Below, in pieces: positions 1 through 9,612 of a stretch of DNA of 64,000 nucleotides (positions are counted from its first letter, which is position 1; each line of letters starts with the position of its first letter). A program made the position numbers and the translations under genes. Location: assembly GCA_963845535.1 (NCBI GenBank), contig CAWJSK010000012.1:448001-512000 (forward strand), written 5' to 3'. The notes beneath the pieces are model-generated. The model did no database searches, had not been told where the DNA came from, and saw nothing but the letters and a program-made list of their open reading frames with translations. Source of the DNA: an uncultured Spirochaetota bacterium. GTDB lineage: Bacteria > Spirochaetota > Spirochaetia > SZUA-6 > Fen-1364.

Positions 1-771
1 GAAGGTGCCTCCCGTGCTGAGCTTCGGGTCATAGCGGTACTTTGTGGTTGCCTCCATGTCCTTGGCCAGCAGACGCTGCTTGTACTTGGCTTCGAACCAT
101 TCGTCGGCAACCTTCCTGTCACGGAAGTCCTCATCCACGTAGGTCCCGCCGTATATCACCGCGGCGATCCCGTGCTCCTGAAGCATCTTGCTGCCAAGGC
201 CGCCGCGGCCGGCCCACGTGTCGACTGCAGTGACCTTCCCCTGCATGATGGGAACGGAGAGAATGCCCCCCATGTCCGTGGAAAGCGCGGCGGGACCTGT
301 TGCAAGGACGCGGGGGTCGGTGGCATAGCGGCTTCCCAGGAGCTGGTATACGTGGTCCATGAGCGCGTACGCTCCCTTCCTCCCTGCGCCCCATATCCCG
401 GAAAGCTCGACGGGCAGCAATTCGACCTCCACCTCCTCCCCACGCGTGCGGTTGAGGTACAGGATGGAAGGGACGGCCGCTTTGCCAATGAGGGAAACCA
501 TGTTGAGCCCGAGGTTGTCGAACACGAGGCCGGCGCCGCCCATGGAAGAGACGTAGAAACCGCGCCAGCAGGGGGAGAAGCCGGTCAGGAACAATCGGTT
601 CGAACCCGGAAAGATGGATCCGGCCAGGAGGCCGACGCCGATATTCAAAGACTGGGTATGCGAGGAGAGATGCAGGCCAAGGTCAACCGGTCCGAAAAAC
701 CGCCCCACCTCGTACCGACGTATCCGGTAAAAGTCCGTGCGGGCGTCTATCAAGAGGACTTTCTGGTCCAT
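1..771 (-). CDS. GAPOR-like aldehyde:ferredoxin oxidoreductase (tungsten/molybdenum AOR family), N-terminal part; runs off the window edge
   Basis: Not in the ORF track; translated by hand from ATG 771 (RBS AAGGAG upstream): MDQKVLLIDARTDFYRIRRY...AGSIFPGSNRL...SSMGGAG...GPAALSTDMGGI...WAGRGGLGSKM...TTKYRYDPKLSTGGTF. These motifs match the glyceraldehyde-3-phosphate:ferredoxin oxidoreductase branch of the AOR family. Confidence 0.8.
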   Translation of the reverse strand, partial: MDQKVLLIDARTDFYRIRRYEVGRFFGPVDLGLHLSSHTQSLNIGVGLLAGSIFPGSNRLFLTGFSPCWRGFYVSSMGGAGLVFDNLGLNMVSLIGKAAVPSILYLNRTRGEEVEVELLPVELSGIWGAGRKGAYALMDHVYQLLGSRYATDPRVLATGPAALSTDMGGILSVPIMQGKVTAVDTWAGRGGLGSKMLQEHGIAAVIYGGTYVDEDFRDRKVADEWFEAKYKQRLLAKDMEATTKYRYDPKLSTGGTF

Positions 772-798
772 CGGGCGGGGCTCCTTCCGGGGGGCGCC

Positions 799-1998
799 TC
801 AGCGCTGCCTGCTCTCCGCCCTGTCGAGAATGGTAGAAAGCCGCGCGGCAGGATCAGCAATTTTCGACGCGAATATCATGGCGGCAATGATGTACGGTTT
901 GTAGCCGGCCTGGCGGTACAGCGGCGTTCTGAAGCGGTTGAACACCGGCGCGGAGACCTCCCCTTCGGCGCAGCTCACTCCTGTGATGTCGGCGGGAAGG
1001 CAGTGCAGATACAGGGCGTCGTTCGTCTTCTTCATGAGCGCGTCCGTGCATTCCCAGCTCTTGAACCTGGCATTGTTGGCCAGGCACCGCTTCTCCAGGT
1101 CAGCGAGCGCGGCCTTGTCTCCCGTTTCCACGATCTTGGTGCGCTCTTCCATGACGGCAAAAGGCGCCCAGCTCTTCGGATACACGACGTCCGCCCCGTT
1201 GAACGCCTCCTCCATGGAAGAGGAGACATGGAAGCTTCCTCCGGAGGACGCCGCGAACTTCTTCGCCTGCGCCACGACGTCCGGCATGAGGGAGTAGCCT
1301 TCGGGGTACGCAAGAGAGACGTTGATTCCAAACCGCGTGAAAAGCCCTATGACGCCCTGGGGAACCGAGAGAGGCTTTCCGTAGGAAGGGGAATACGCCC
1401 AGCTCATGGCCACCTTCTTGCCCTTGAGCTTCTCCACGCCCCCGAGCTCCGTCACGAGGTGGAGGAAATCCGCCATGGTCTGCGTGGGATGGTCGATGTC
1501 ACACTGGAGGTTGACCACGGTGGGCCGCTGCTCGAGCACGCCGTCATGGAATCCCTGCTCCACGGCCTCCGCCACCTCGAGCATGTACGTGTGGCCCTTG
1601 CCGATGTACATGTCGTCACGGATGCCGATGACCTCCGCCATGAAGGAGATCATGTTCGCCGTTTCCCGCACGGTTTCCCCGTGCGCCACCTGGGACTTGC
1701 CCTCATCCAGGTCCGAAACCGTCAGCCCCAGGAGGTTGCAGGCGGAGGCGAAGCTGAAGCGCGTGCGTGTGGAGTTGTCCCGGAACTGGGAGACGGCGAG
1801 GCCGGAATCCCACAGCCGCGGGGAAATGTTGTTGCTGCGGAACTGCTTGAGGATGGCGGCGATTTCCAGGACCGCCTCCAGCTCTTCCCGGGTCTTGTCC
1901 CAGGTCAGAAAGAAGTCCTTGCCGTGAAGACCCGCCGCGCTCTTCTTCCTGAGGGTGTCGATTCTTCTCTGCATTTCGTGCGGTGTCGTGGTGATCAC
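799..1998 (-). CDS. ygeW: Knotted carbamoyltransferase YgeW
   Basis: FRDNSTRTRFS, HGETVRETANMISF, NLQCDIDHPTQ, WAYSPSYGKPLSVPQG and YLHCLPAD motifs. Confidence 0.93.
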   Translation of the reverse strand: MITTTPHEMQRRIDTLRKKSAAGLHGKDFFLTWDKTREELEAVLEIAAILKQFRSNNISPRLWDSGLAVSQFRDNSTRTRFSFASACNLLGLTVSDLDEGKSQVAHGETVRETANMISFMAEVIGIRDDMYIGKGHTYMLEVAEAVEQGFHDGVLEQRPTVVNLQCDIDHPTQTMADFLHLVTELGGVEKLKGKKVAMSWAYSPSYGKPLSVPQGVIGLFTRFGINVSLAYPEGYSLMPDVVAQAKKFAASSGGSFHVSSSMEEAFNGADVVYPKSWAPFAVMEERTKIVETGDKAALADLEKRCLANNARFKSWECTDALMKKTNDALYLHCLPADITGVSCAEGEVSAPVFNRFRTPLYRQAGYKPYIIAAMIFASKIADPAARLSTILDRAESRQR

Positions 1999-4862
1999 GA
2001 GATCCTCCCCAGTGCCGTCAGTATCTTTTCCGGTGTCATGGGCCAGTCCCGCAGCCAGACCCCCGTGGCGGCATGGATGGCGTTGGCCAGCGCGGGGGCG
2101 GCCCCGTTCATGCTGACCTCCGAGACGCTTTTTCCGCCGAATGGCCCGAAAGGATCATCCGTTTCAACGAAGCTTACGTCAAGGTCACGGGGAAGCTCCT
2201 GGATCATGGGCGCGCCGTAGGCCCCGAGGGTGGTCGTGAGACAGCGGCCCTCTTCATCGAAGATCATTTCCTCGTAGAGGGCGTGCCCGATGGATTTGAG
2301 CACAGCGCCGTAGACCTGGCCCTGCGCCAGCTCGGGATTGATGGGCGTGCCGCAGTCCGTGACGGCGTGATAGCGAAGCACCGTGATTGCCCCCGTGCGC
2401 GTGTTCACGGCCACCTCGCAGAAATGGGCGGCGTACGGAAATGCCGCGTCATCCGTCGTGAATGACGCGTGGGAAACGAGCTCACCCGGCCCTTCGCCTC
2501 CCTGGCAGTGATGCGCGATCTCGGCAAAGCTCACCGCGCCCGAACGGCCTTTGACCCGGCCCGGGAACTCCAGGACCAGTCCTTCCGCCGGTTCCTTGAG
2601 CAGGGAAGCCGCAACCGCGGTCAGCTTTTCCTTCAAGCCTTGCGCCGCCTTGAGGGAAGCGTTGCCGCTGAAGTACGTGCCGCTGGAGGCATACGCGCCC
2701 TTGTCGAACGGCGTGGTGTCCGTGTCTCCCGAAATCACGGCAACCGTTTCCAGCTCGCAGCACAGAGTCTCCGCGACGATCTTGGCCAGCACGGTGTCCA
2801 GCCCCGTGCCCAGGTCCGCGCCGCCGGAGGACACGAGGAAAGTCCCGTCGGAAAGCAGCTTCACGTCGGCGCACGCCTGATCGAGCCCCGGCAGTCCCGA
2901 GCCTTGCTGGATGATTGCAACACCCTTGCCTGTTTTGACGTCGGGGTCCGCCTGCCCGCCCGGGGCGGTCGGGGCCGGGGCGCCGGCCCGAGCGTCTGCC
3001 GAGCCGGCCGAGCCGGCGGCATGACCCCACCCTATGCTCTGGCATCCTCTGGCCAGCGCGCGGTCCAGGCCGCAGCTCTTCACGTGCGCCGCCGCGCCTG
3101 CCCTGCCCTCTCCGAGGCTCTTGAGGACCTCCAGGACGTCTCCCTCTCTGACGTGGTTCTTGCTGAAGAAGCTCACCAGGTCCATACCGAGCTTGTCAGC
3201 CAGCTCAGCAGCGGCCATCTGGAGCGCAAAGGAGCCCTGGGGGGCGCCGTATCCCTGGTAGGCGCCGGATGGGACATGGTTGGTGTACCAGGCCCGCACT
3301 TCCCAGGCCATGGCGGGGCAGCGGAACAGGGGAAGGGACTTGGAGCACGCATTCATGGGGACCGTCAGGCAGTGCTCCCCGTAAGCTCCCGTGTCGGCGT
3401 CCGCCGACATGCTGATTGCGGTCAGCGTCCCGTCCTTCTTCGCGCCCATCTTCACGGCTACGCGGAAAGGATGCCGGGTGGTGGCGGCAATGAACTCTTC
3501 TTCCCGGGTGTACTTGTACAGGACCGGCCTGCCCGTTCGCACCGTTGCGTATGCGCATACCTCTTCCATGAGGACGTCCTGTTTGCTTCCGTAGCCGCCG
3601 CCGACGCGCTCCTTGATGACCCTGATCTTGTTTTCGGGCATTCCCACGACGCGTGCAAGGATGCTGCGCAGGTGCCATGGCACCTGCGTGGAGGCGTGGA
3701 CAATGAGCCGGTCACCGTCCATCCTCGTGTAGGCCACGTGCGGCTCAAGCGGCGTGCACTGGACCCTGCTCGTCGAATACGCGCGTTCAATGACCGCGTC
3801 AGCGGCGCGCAGTCCGTCCTCCACGTTTCCCGTCCCGCCGGAGGCGCTTGCCGCGAGGTTGTGCGCTGCATCCGCGCCAATGCCGAATTGGTAGACGATC
3901 TCCGGGAGGTGGTCCGCGTGGACCGGCGTCAGCTTGCCCGCCATGGCGTCTTCGAGGGAAAGGATGGGCGGGATGACATCGTATTCGACTTTGATCAGGG
4001 AAAGGGCATGGCGCGCGGTTTCAGCGTCTTCCGCGACCACCGCCGCCACCCTGTCTCCCATATGGCGCACCGTGCGGCTGAACATCCTGTAGTCATAGGG
4101 CGACGGCTCAGGGAAGCCCTGCCCTGCCTGACCGTAGGCAACGTCAGGGCACGTGCGATGGTCAATTACCAGGACCACGCCGGGAAGCGCCTGGGCACGC
4201 GTCGTATCGATGCTCTTGATGAAAGCGTGAGCATGGGGACTTCGAAGCATGGAAAGAACGCAGCTGCCCGTTTCAACCCTGTCTTCCACGTACGCTTTCA
4301 TGCCGGCAACAAGCTTCACGCCGTCGATCTTCCGTCGGGACTTGCCGATCACGCGCAGGCCGTCACGGAAGGAAGGGGCCACGGCCGTGGACCATCCCGG
4401 GTCCTTGCGGCGTTTTCGAGCCAGCTCCACCGCGAGGAAGAACTGCTTGTAGCCCGTAGACCTGCTGAAGAGCCCCGAAAGGGCGTCACGAATGTCGTCC
4501 TCGGTTGGCGCCTCCGTGCGGCGAAGCAGTTCCTCCAGCAGGAGCGCCGCGGCGGGCGTGTTGAACGCGGATTGGACCACGCCAGCGTCTATCATGGATT
4601 CCTGGAGCACGGACAGCCGGGAGTCCCGGCTCAAGCTCTCGATGGTTTCTACAGCGTGGCCTTCAGCCTGGCCGGCAACCATGAGGCCTGCCAGAACCGC
4701 TTTTCCGTCAAAGAGGATTGTGTCGCTGCCGGCAAAACCTTCCCCGTCATCGCTCGAGCGCACCGAAGGGATGCCCATGCGCTGCAGGAGGACTTGCAGG
4801 TTTTCCCCGGGCTCTGCCAGGACGCTGCGGCGCGTGCCGTTGAGTGTGAAGTTTATCTTCAT
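1995..4862 (-). CDS. xdhD: Xanthine dehydrogenase family molybdopterin subunit XdhD (YgfN) with a degenerate N-terminal 2Fe-2S-like domain
   Basis: N-terminus SVRSSDDGEGFAGSD...GVVQSAFN as in XdhD; ASTQVP, VGGGYGSKQ, GAYQGYGAPQG, DLGTG, YASSGT and GGKSVSE Moco motifs; ATGA overlaps with both neighbours. Confidence 0.92.
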   Translation of the reverse strand: MKINFTLNGTRRSVLAEPGENLQVLLQRMGIPSVRSSDDGEGFAGSDTILFDGKAVLAGLMVAGQAEGHAVETIESLSRDSRLSVLQESMIDAGVVQSAFNTPAAALLLEELLRRTEAPTEDDIRDALSGLFSRSTGYKQFFLAVELARKRRKDPGWSTAVAPSFRDGLRVIGKSRRKIDGVKLVAGMKAYVEDRVETGSCVLSMLRSPHAHAFIKSIDTTRAQALPGVVLVIDHRTCPDVAYGQAGQGFPEPSPYDYRMFSRTVRHMGDRVAAVVAEDAETARHALSLIKVEYDVIPPILSLEDAMAGKLTPVHADHLPEIVYQFGIGADAAHNLAASASGGTGNVEDGLRAADAVIERAYSTSRVQCTPLEPHVAYTRMDGDRLIVHASTQVPWHLRSILARVVGMPENKIRVIKERVGGGYGSKQDVLMEEVCAYATVRTGRPVLYKYTREEEFIAATTRHPFRVAVKMGAKKDGTLTAISMSADADTGAYGEHCLTVPMNACSKSLPLFRCPAMAWEVRAWYTNHVPSGAYQGYGAPQGSFALQMAAAELADKLGMDLVSFFSKNHVREGDVLEVLKSLGEGRAGAAAHVKSCGLDRALARGCQSIGWGHAAGSAGSADARAGAPAPTAPGGQADPDVKTGKGVAIIQQGSGLPGLDQACADVKLLSDGTFLVSSGGADLGTGLDTVLAKIVAETLCCELETVAVISGDTDTTPFDKGAYASSGTYFSGNASLKAAQGLKEKLTAVAASLLKEPAEGLVLEFPGRVKGRSGAVSFAEIAHHCQGGEGPGELVSHASFTTDDAAFPYAAHFCEVAVNTRTGAITVLRYHAVTDCGTPINPELAQGQVYGAVLKSIGHALYEEMIFDEEGRCLTTTLGAYGAPMIQELPRDLDVSFVETDDPFGPFGGKSVSEVSMNGAAPALANAIHAATGVWLRDWPMTPEKILTALGRIS

Positions 4863-5659
4863 ACGGTGGCCTTCCCTCCCCGGCTCATCTCGAGCAAGGC
4901 GTCCGCGACAAGGATCCGCGTCAAATACGTCTTATACCGGGAGGAGGCATGGACGTCCGCGGCTGCTTCGAACTCGTTCCCAAGCGCGCTCTCAAGTGCG
5001 GAGCGGGAGGGAAGCGGCCGACCCTCCAGGGACGCCTCGAGCCCGGGCAGCCGCACCGGCGCGCCCCGGCAATCCGCTGCCACAAGCCGCACCCCGCCGA
5101 CTTTCGGCTGAAGGGCCGACGCGCATGCGGCAACGACCAGGCTGCGAGGGCTATGAGAGGTCCGGGAAACTGCCAGTACGGTAGCCGGTCGAAGGGGCTC
5201 TGAGATCACCACGGACAGAATCAACCCACCCCCTCCGCCCGACAGGAAATCCTTGATGGGAACAGGCCTCCTCTTTCCGGCGACGGAAACTTCCGCTTCC
5301 ATGGCCAGGAGGAGAGGAACGAGCGTCGAATCTGCAGGGTGCAGCGCGACCTCTCCGCCCACGGTCATCATGTTCCGAAGGGTCCGGGAGGCTGTGAACC
5401 CCGCTGCCGTGCGAAGCGCGGCAGGCAGCTCAGGGCGGTCCACGATGTGCTGAAGAGTGGCCGTAGCGCCGACAACGCATTGCTTCCCGCTCAGCTCGAT
5501 GGATTGGAGCCCAAGTCTTTCCAGGGAGATGAGCGTGACGGGCTCTGCCGAGCGCGCGGCGTTCAGCCACGTGCCGCCCCCGAGGAACGCGGTCCCCGGC
5601 AACGCCCGCGCTTTCAGGGCCTCCTGAATGGTCGCGGGTTTCAGAATGTCAGTCACCAT
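4859..5659 (-). CDS. ygfM: FAD-binding subunit of molybdoenzyme (YgfM-like)
   Basis: KPATIQEAL...FLGGGTWLN and LRNMMTVGGE motifs; start placed at ATG 5659, 6 nt after an extended -10 element; overlaps xdhD start. Confidence 0.85.
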   Translation of the reverse strand: MVTDILKPATIQEALKARALPGTAFLGGGTWLNAARSAEPVTLISLERLGLQSIELSGKQCVVGATATLQHIVDRPELPAALRTAAGFTASRTLRNMMTVGGEVALHPADSTLVPLLLAMEAEVSVAGKRRPVPIKDFLSGGGGGLILSVVISEPLRPATVLAVSRTSHSPRSLVVAACASALQPKVGGVRLVAADCRGAPVRLPGLEASLEGRPLPSRSALESALGNEFEAAADVHASSRYKTYLTRILVADALLEMSRGGKATV

Positions 5660-5665
5660 GAACGG

Positions 5666-5706
5666 ATTGTACCATGATGACATTCGTCGCGTAAACGTCC
5701 TATACT
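5666..5706. promoter_or_regulatory. Back-to-back -10 elements for probably leaderless ygfM (-) and ppiC (+) transcripts
   Basis: Minus strand TGG-TACAAT (5666-5674) lies 6 nt before ATG 5659; plus strand TATACT (5701-5706) lies 6 nt before ATG 5713; neither has a Shine-Dalgarno. Confidence 0.55.
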
Positions 5707-5712
5707 GCTCCC

Positions 5713-5991
5713 ATGGAATGGCGAGCAAGCCACATACTGGTCAAGGAAAAGAAACTGGCGGACGAGCTGCTCCGGCGCGTCAAGCAAGGGGCAAGCTTCG
5801 AGGCTCTGGCCCGCGAGCACTCCACCTGTCCTTCCAAGTCCCGCGGCGGGGACCTGGGCTGGTTCGGACCCGGCAAGATGGTCCCGGCGTTCGAGAACGC
5901 GTGCAAGCGGCTCTCCCCGGGATCCACGAGTGACGTCGTCTCATCCTCGTTCGGCTACCACATCATCAGGCTCACGGGTCGCAAAGAGTAG
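5713..5991 (+). CDS. ppiC: Parvulin-type peptidyl-prolyl isomerase
   Basis: ASHILV, FEALAREHSTCPS, GGDLGWF, MVPAFE and FGYHII; 92 aa. Confidence 0.95.
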   Translation: MEWRASHILVKEKKLADELLRRVKQGASFEALAREHSTCPSKSRGGDLGWFGPGKMVPAFENACKRLSPGSTSDVVSSSFGYHIIRLTGRKE

Positions 5992-5996
5992 CCGCT

Positions 5997-7400
5997 TCAG
6001 CGGGCAGGCTGAACGCCCACGGCGGCTTTCAGCAGGGAGTCGGCAATCCTGTTTGCGTCCCGGGTGAGCTCGCGCTCGTCAACGCCGGTGAGCTTTCCTT
6101 TGTCCACCACCACCGTGCCATTGCAAATCGTGTAGTCGGTGCCGTGGTTGTAGCCGGCAAAGACGAGGGCCGCAAACGGGTCTGACAGGCTGCCCGCGTA
6201 TTCGAGCCGGTCGACATCGAAGATTGCGAGGTCCGCGGCAAAGCCTGCCTCGATCCTGCCGATCCTCTCGAACCCCAGCACTCCGGCTCCCGTCTCCGTC
6301 GCCATCCTGAGCACGTCCCGCGCCGTGAGCGCTCCGCTGCCCCGGGCCACCCGCTGCAGGAGCAGGGCGTGGCGCAGCTCGCCCAGGAAGTCGGAAGAGT
6401 CATTGGAGGCTGAACCGTCCACGGCGAGGGAGACCGGGATTCCCCTGTCCAGCATGTCGCGGACGCTGCAGATGCCCGAGGCCAGCCGCATGTTGGAGCT
6501 CGGGCAGTGCGCAATCTGCGCCCCCGTGCGTCGCAGGACGCCCAGCTCCTCATCGTTGAAAAAAATGCCATGAGCGTAGAACACATCCGGCCCAATGAAC
6601 TCGCAACGCTCCATGAGCGCAACAGGCCGCACACCGTACTTCTCCCGACAGTACTGGTCCTCATCCGCCGTTTCCGCCAGATGCGTGTGCAGCCGGACCC
6701 CGTGGCGCCGCGCCAGGCGCGCGGACTCCCGCATCAGCTCCTCCGTGACGGAAAAGGGGCTGCAGGGCGCAAGGACGATCTTGCGCATGGAGAGCGGGTC
6801 GGGATCATGGAAGCGCTTGATGACGCGCTCGCTGTCCGCGAGGATGGTGTCTGCGTCCTGTACCACGCTGTCCGGAGGCAGGCCGCCGTCCTTCTTGCTG
6901 AGCGACATGGAACCGCGCGAAGGAGAAAAACGCATCCCCACTTTCTCCGCGGCCTCGAACTGGCGGGAAACGAAGTCTCCGGCGCCTCGCGGATAAAGGT
7001 AGAGATGGTCCGTGGAGCAGGTGCAGCCAGTCTTCAACAGCTCCCCCATGGCAAGAAGGGAAGAGGTGTAGATGGCCTCTTCATCGATGTTCTTCCAGAC
7101 CTCGTAGAGGTAGACAAGCCAGTCGAAAAGCTTGGCGTCCTGGACGGCCGGGAGGTTGCGCGTCAGGGTCTGGAAGAAGTGGTGGTGCGTGTTCACGAAT
7201 CCGGGAACCACGACGTGGCGCGAGCAATCAATGACGCGCGCGCCGGGGGGCGCCGTGACCCCCGGCCCGATCCGGGCAATGAGGTTGCCTTCGATCAGGA
7301 TGTCCTGGCCTCGAACGCCTTCTTTGTCCGCCGAGGGCTGGATGAAGAAGCAATTGCGCAGGAGCACCTGGCTGTCCGGGATCCCGTTCCTCTGTGCCAT
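5997..7400 (-). CDS. Amidohydrolase, 8-oxoguanine deaminase / AtzB-like
   Basis: PGFVNTHHHFFQTLTR, APCSPFSV, HTHLAET, HCPSSNMRLASG and DGSASND. Confidence 0.88.
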   Translation of the reverse strand: MAQRNGIPDSQVLLRNCFFIQPSADKEGVRGQDILIEGNLIARIGPGVTAPPGARVIDCSRHVVVPGFVNTHHHFFQTLTRNLPAVQDAKLFDWLVYLYEVWKNIDEEAIYTSSLLAMGELLKTGCTCSTDHLYLYPRGAGDFVSRQFEAAEKVGMRFSPSRGSMSLSKKDGGLPPDSVVQDADTILADSERVIKRFHDPDPLSMRKIVLAPCSPFSVTEELMRESARLARRHGVRLHTHLAETADEDQYCREKYGVRPVALMERCEFIGPDVFYAHGIFFNDEELGVLRRTGAQIAHCPSSNMRLASGICSVRDMLDRGIPVSLAVDGSASNDSSDFLGELRHALLLQRVARGSGALTARDVLRMATETGAGVLGFERIGRIEAGFAADLAIFDVDRLEYAGSLSDPFAALVFAGYNHGTDYTICNGTVVVDKGKLTGVDERELTRDANRIADSLLKAAVGVQPAR

Positions 7401-7404
7401 CAGC

Positions 7405-8199
7405 TCACTCCCCGTACATGGCCCGCGTGCTGCCGGCCATCATGGATACCGCGGCCCCTCGAGGCATGAGCCGCATGGCAGCGTGCGCCATGCGCGCCTT
7501 GGCGCCGGGGATCAGGAGGTTTCGATGCCCAAGGGCTCGCAGGGTCTCCCGCGCCGCAAGACCGGGCTCGATGTCCACGGGCGTCCGCCTGGCATCCGCG
7601 GGCCGCGAGGCAAGATAGTTGGGCGTGCGCACCACGGCAGGGCAGCAAGCCAGAACATCGACGCCCTTGGGTTTCAGCTCCACCGCCAGGCCCTCGGCCA
7701 GGGAAAGGAGAAATGCTTTTGTCGCGCTGTACACCGTGACGTACGGAGAGCCCTGAAAGGCCGCCATGCTCGACATGACAATGATGCCTCCGCGCCGGCG
7801 CTCGATCATTCGCGGCGCGCAGGCGTCAATGAGAGCGAGGGCGCCAAAGCAATTCACGTCGATCACGTGCCGGTACTTGGCGAGGTCCGCCTTGAAGAAG
7901 GGCCCCTCATGGGAGGAAGCCGCGTTGCACACGAGGAGGCCGACGTCCGCCGACTTGGCCTGCCGCATAACCTCGTCCAGCCCGGTTTTTGACCCAAGAT
8001 CCACCGCCACGGTCCGCACCTCCACGCCATGGCTGCCGCGAAGCCGCTGGGCTGTCTGATCCAGCGGTCCTGGCCGGCGCGCAACGAGGATCAGGTTCAG
8101 GCCCAGCGCCGCAATATCCTCGGCAAACGCCGCTCCCAGGCCTTCGGAGCCTCCGGCCACAAGCGCCCACGGCCCGTACTTTTTCCCAAACGCTTCCAT
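7405..8199 (-). CDS. Short-chain dehydrogenase/reductase
   Basis: KYGPWALVAGGSEGLG, NAA and YSATK catalytic motif; start at ATG 8199 behind GGGGGAGG RBS. Confidence 0.88.
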   Translation of the reverse strand: MEAFGKKYGPWALVAGGSEGLGAAFAEDIAALGLNLILVARRPGPLDQTAQRLRGSHGVEVRTVAVDLGSKTGLDEVMRQAKSADVGLLVCNAASSHEGPFFKADLAKYRHVIDVNCFGALALIDACAPRMIERRRGGIIVMSSMAAFQGSPYVTVYSATKAFLLSLAEGLAVELKPKGVDVLACCPAVVRTPNYLASRPADARRTPVDIEPGLAARETLRALGHRNLLIPGAKARMAHAAMRLMPRGAAVSMMAGSTRAMYGE

Positions 8200-8303
8200 G
8201 CCTCCCCCTTGTCCAGGATAATACTGTTGGACGAGACGGCGTGCAAACGCCAACCCCCCACTGTTTGCCGAGGAACAGGGAACCCCAGTATCATAGGGGA
8301 ATC

Positions 8304-9608
8304 ATGCCGCTTCGCAAGGCAATAACGCTCCGCCATGCCGTGGCCCTCTACGTCAGCTCCGTCCTGGGCTCGGGCGTCCTCGTCCTGCCCGGCCTCGCCG
8401 CAAAGCTGGCCGGCCCCGCGTCCCTTGTCGCGTGGGTCCTGCTCGGCCTGGCCAGCTATCCCTTTGCGTATACCTTTGCTTCCCTCTCCGCCCGAAAGCC
8501 GGAGTCTGGAGGCGTCTACGCATTCGCGCGGGAGGCTTTCGGACCGCATGCCGCGGCAGCGGCCGGCTGGCTCTTCGGGCTGTGGTTAATTGCAGGGGCG
8601 CCCGCCGTGACGCTCATTGCGGCGTCCTATCTCGGCTACGCGTTCCCCATGAGCAAGCTGGAAATGTACCTGATCGGATACGCGGTGATCTTCATTCCCT
8701 ATGTCATCAACCTGCGCGGCATCGTGTTCAGCAACCGGATCCAACTGGGCATCGTTGTCGCCATCCTTGCGCTTCTCGTGATCGCCGTGGCTTTCTCCAT
8801 CGGGTCGGTGCGGCTCTCCAGCTTTGTCCCGTTCCTTCCGGCCGGCCTCCTGCCGGTGGGCACCGCGGCGGCGCTCATCTTCTGGTCGTACCTCGGCTAC
8901 GAGAACGTGTCCAATGTGGCGGAAGAGTTCCGGGACCCGAAGCGGGATTTCCACAGGAGCGTCGTGCTCAGCGTGGTGGTGATCGGGCTGCTCTATCTCT
9001 CGGTGGCCTTCGTCACGGTGGGGACAAAGGCATATGAGGCCGGAGGGAGCGTCGCCCCCTTTGCGGCAATCTTCTCGCGCGTGCTCGGGGGCTACGGCGC
9101 CGCGGGGACCTCGATCCTGGCCCTCGTGATCATCTTCGGGACGGTGAACGCGTACATGGCCGGCATGTCGCGAGTGGCGTTGGCCGTTGCCAGGGATGGC
9201 GCCCTTCCCCGCATCTTCGCGGAGGTGAGCGGCAAAACCGGTGCGCCGACGCGGGCCCTCACGCTGCTCACCGGCCTATCCCTGGCGGTCCTGATCTTCT
9301 ACTACGTGTTCGACGTGAACCTGACAACGGCCCTCCTGATACCGAGCGGAGCGGCTGTCCTGGTCTATGTGATCGGTTCCGCGGCGGGCGCGAAGCTGCT
9401 CAAGGATCACGGCTTCCTGAAGGCCCTGCCGTGGATATCGCTTGCCATTTCCGTGGCAGTGCTGCCGTTCGTTGGACCGCTTGCCGCGGTGGCGGTCCTC
9501 ACCGCCCTGGCCGCGTCAGCGTACAGCTTGATTCTTGGGCGCAAGCGCAGGCGGGGCGTCCCGCGCGCCACGACCCCTGGGGCTCCCTCCGCCGGCGCAC
9601 AGTCCTGA
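8304..9608 (+). CDS. APC-family amino acid permease (YjeH-like)
   Basis: SSVLGSGVLVLPG, GGVYAF, FWSYLGYENV and AEEFRDPKRD; about 12 hydrophobic segments; start placed at ATG 8304. Confidence 0.88.
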   Translation: MPLRKAITLRHAVALYVSSVLGSGVLVLPGLAAKLAGPASLVAWVLLGLASYPFAYTFASLSARKPESGGVYAFAREAFGPHAAAAAGWLFGLWLIAGAPAVTLIAASYLGYAFPMSKLEMYLIGYAVIFIPYVINLRGIVFSNRIQLGIVVAILALLVIAVAFSIGSVRLSSFVPFLPAGLLPVGTAAALIFWSYLGYENVSNVAEEFRDPKRDFHRSVVLSVVVIGLLYLSVAFVTVGTKAYEAGGSVAPFAAIFSRVLGGYGAAGTSILALVIIFGTVNAYMAGMSRVALAVARDGALPRIFAEVSGKTGAPTRALTLLTGLSLAVLIFYYVFDVNLTTALLIPSGAAVLVYVIGSAAGAKLLKDHGFLKALPWISLAISVAVLPFVGPLAAVAVLTALAASAYSLILGRKRRRGVPRATTPGAPSAGAQS

Positions 9609-9612
9609 TCCC

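Noticed and set aside
4400..4862. Cysteine-free 2Fe-2S-like domain at the XdhD N-terminus as a novelty or pseudogene sign
   Set aside because: As I recall, E. coli XdhD has the same degenerate domain, so it is a family trait.
172..5111. Long plus-strand ORFs 172..2220 (682 aa) and 2469..5111 (880 aa)
   Set aside because: Antisense shadows of ygeW and xdhD with no motifs; typical of high-GC codon bias.
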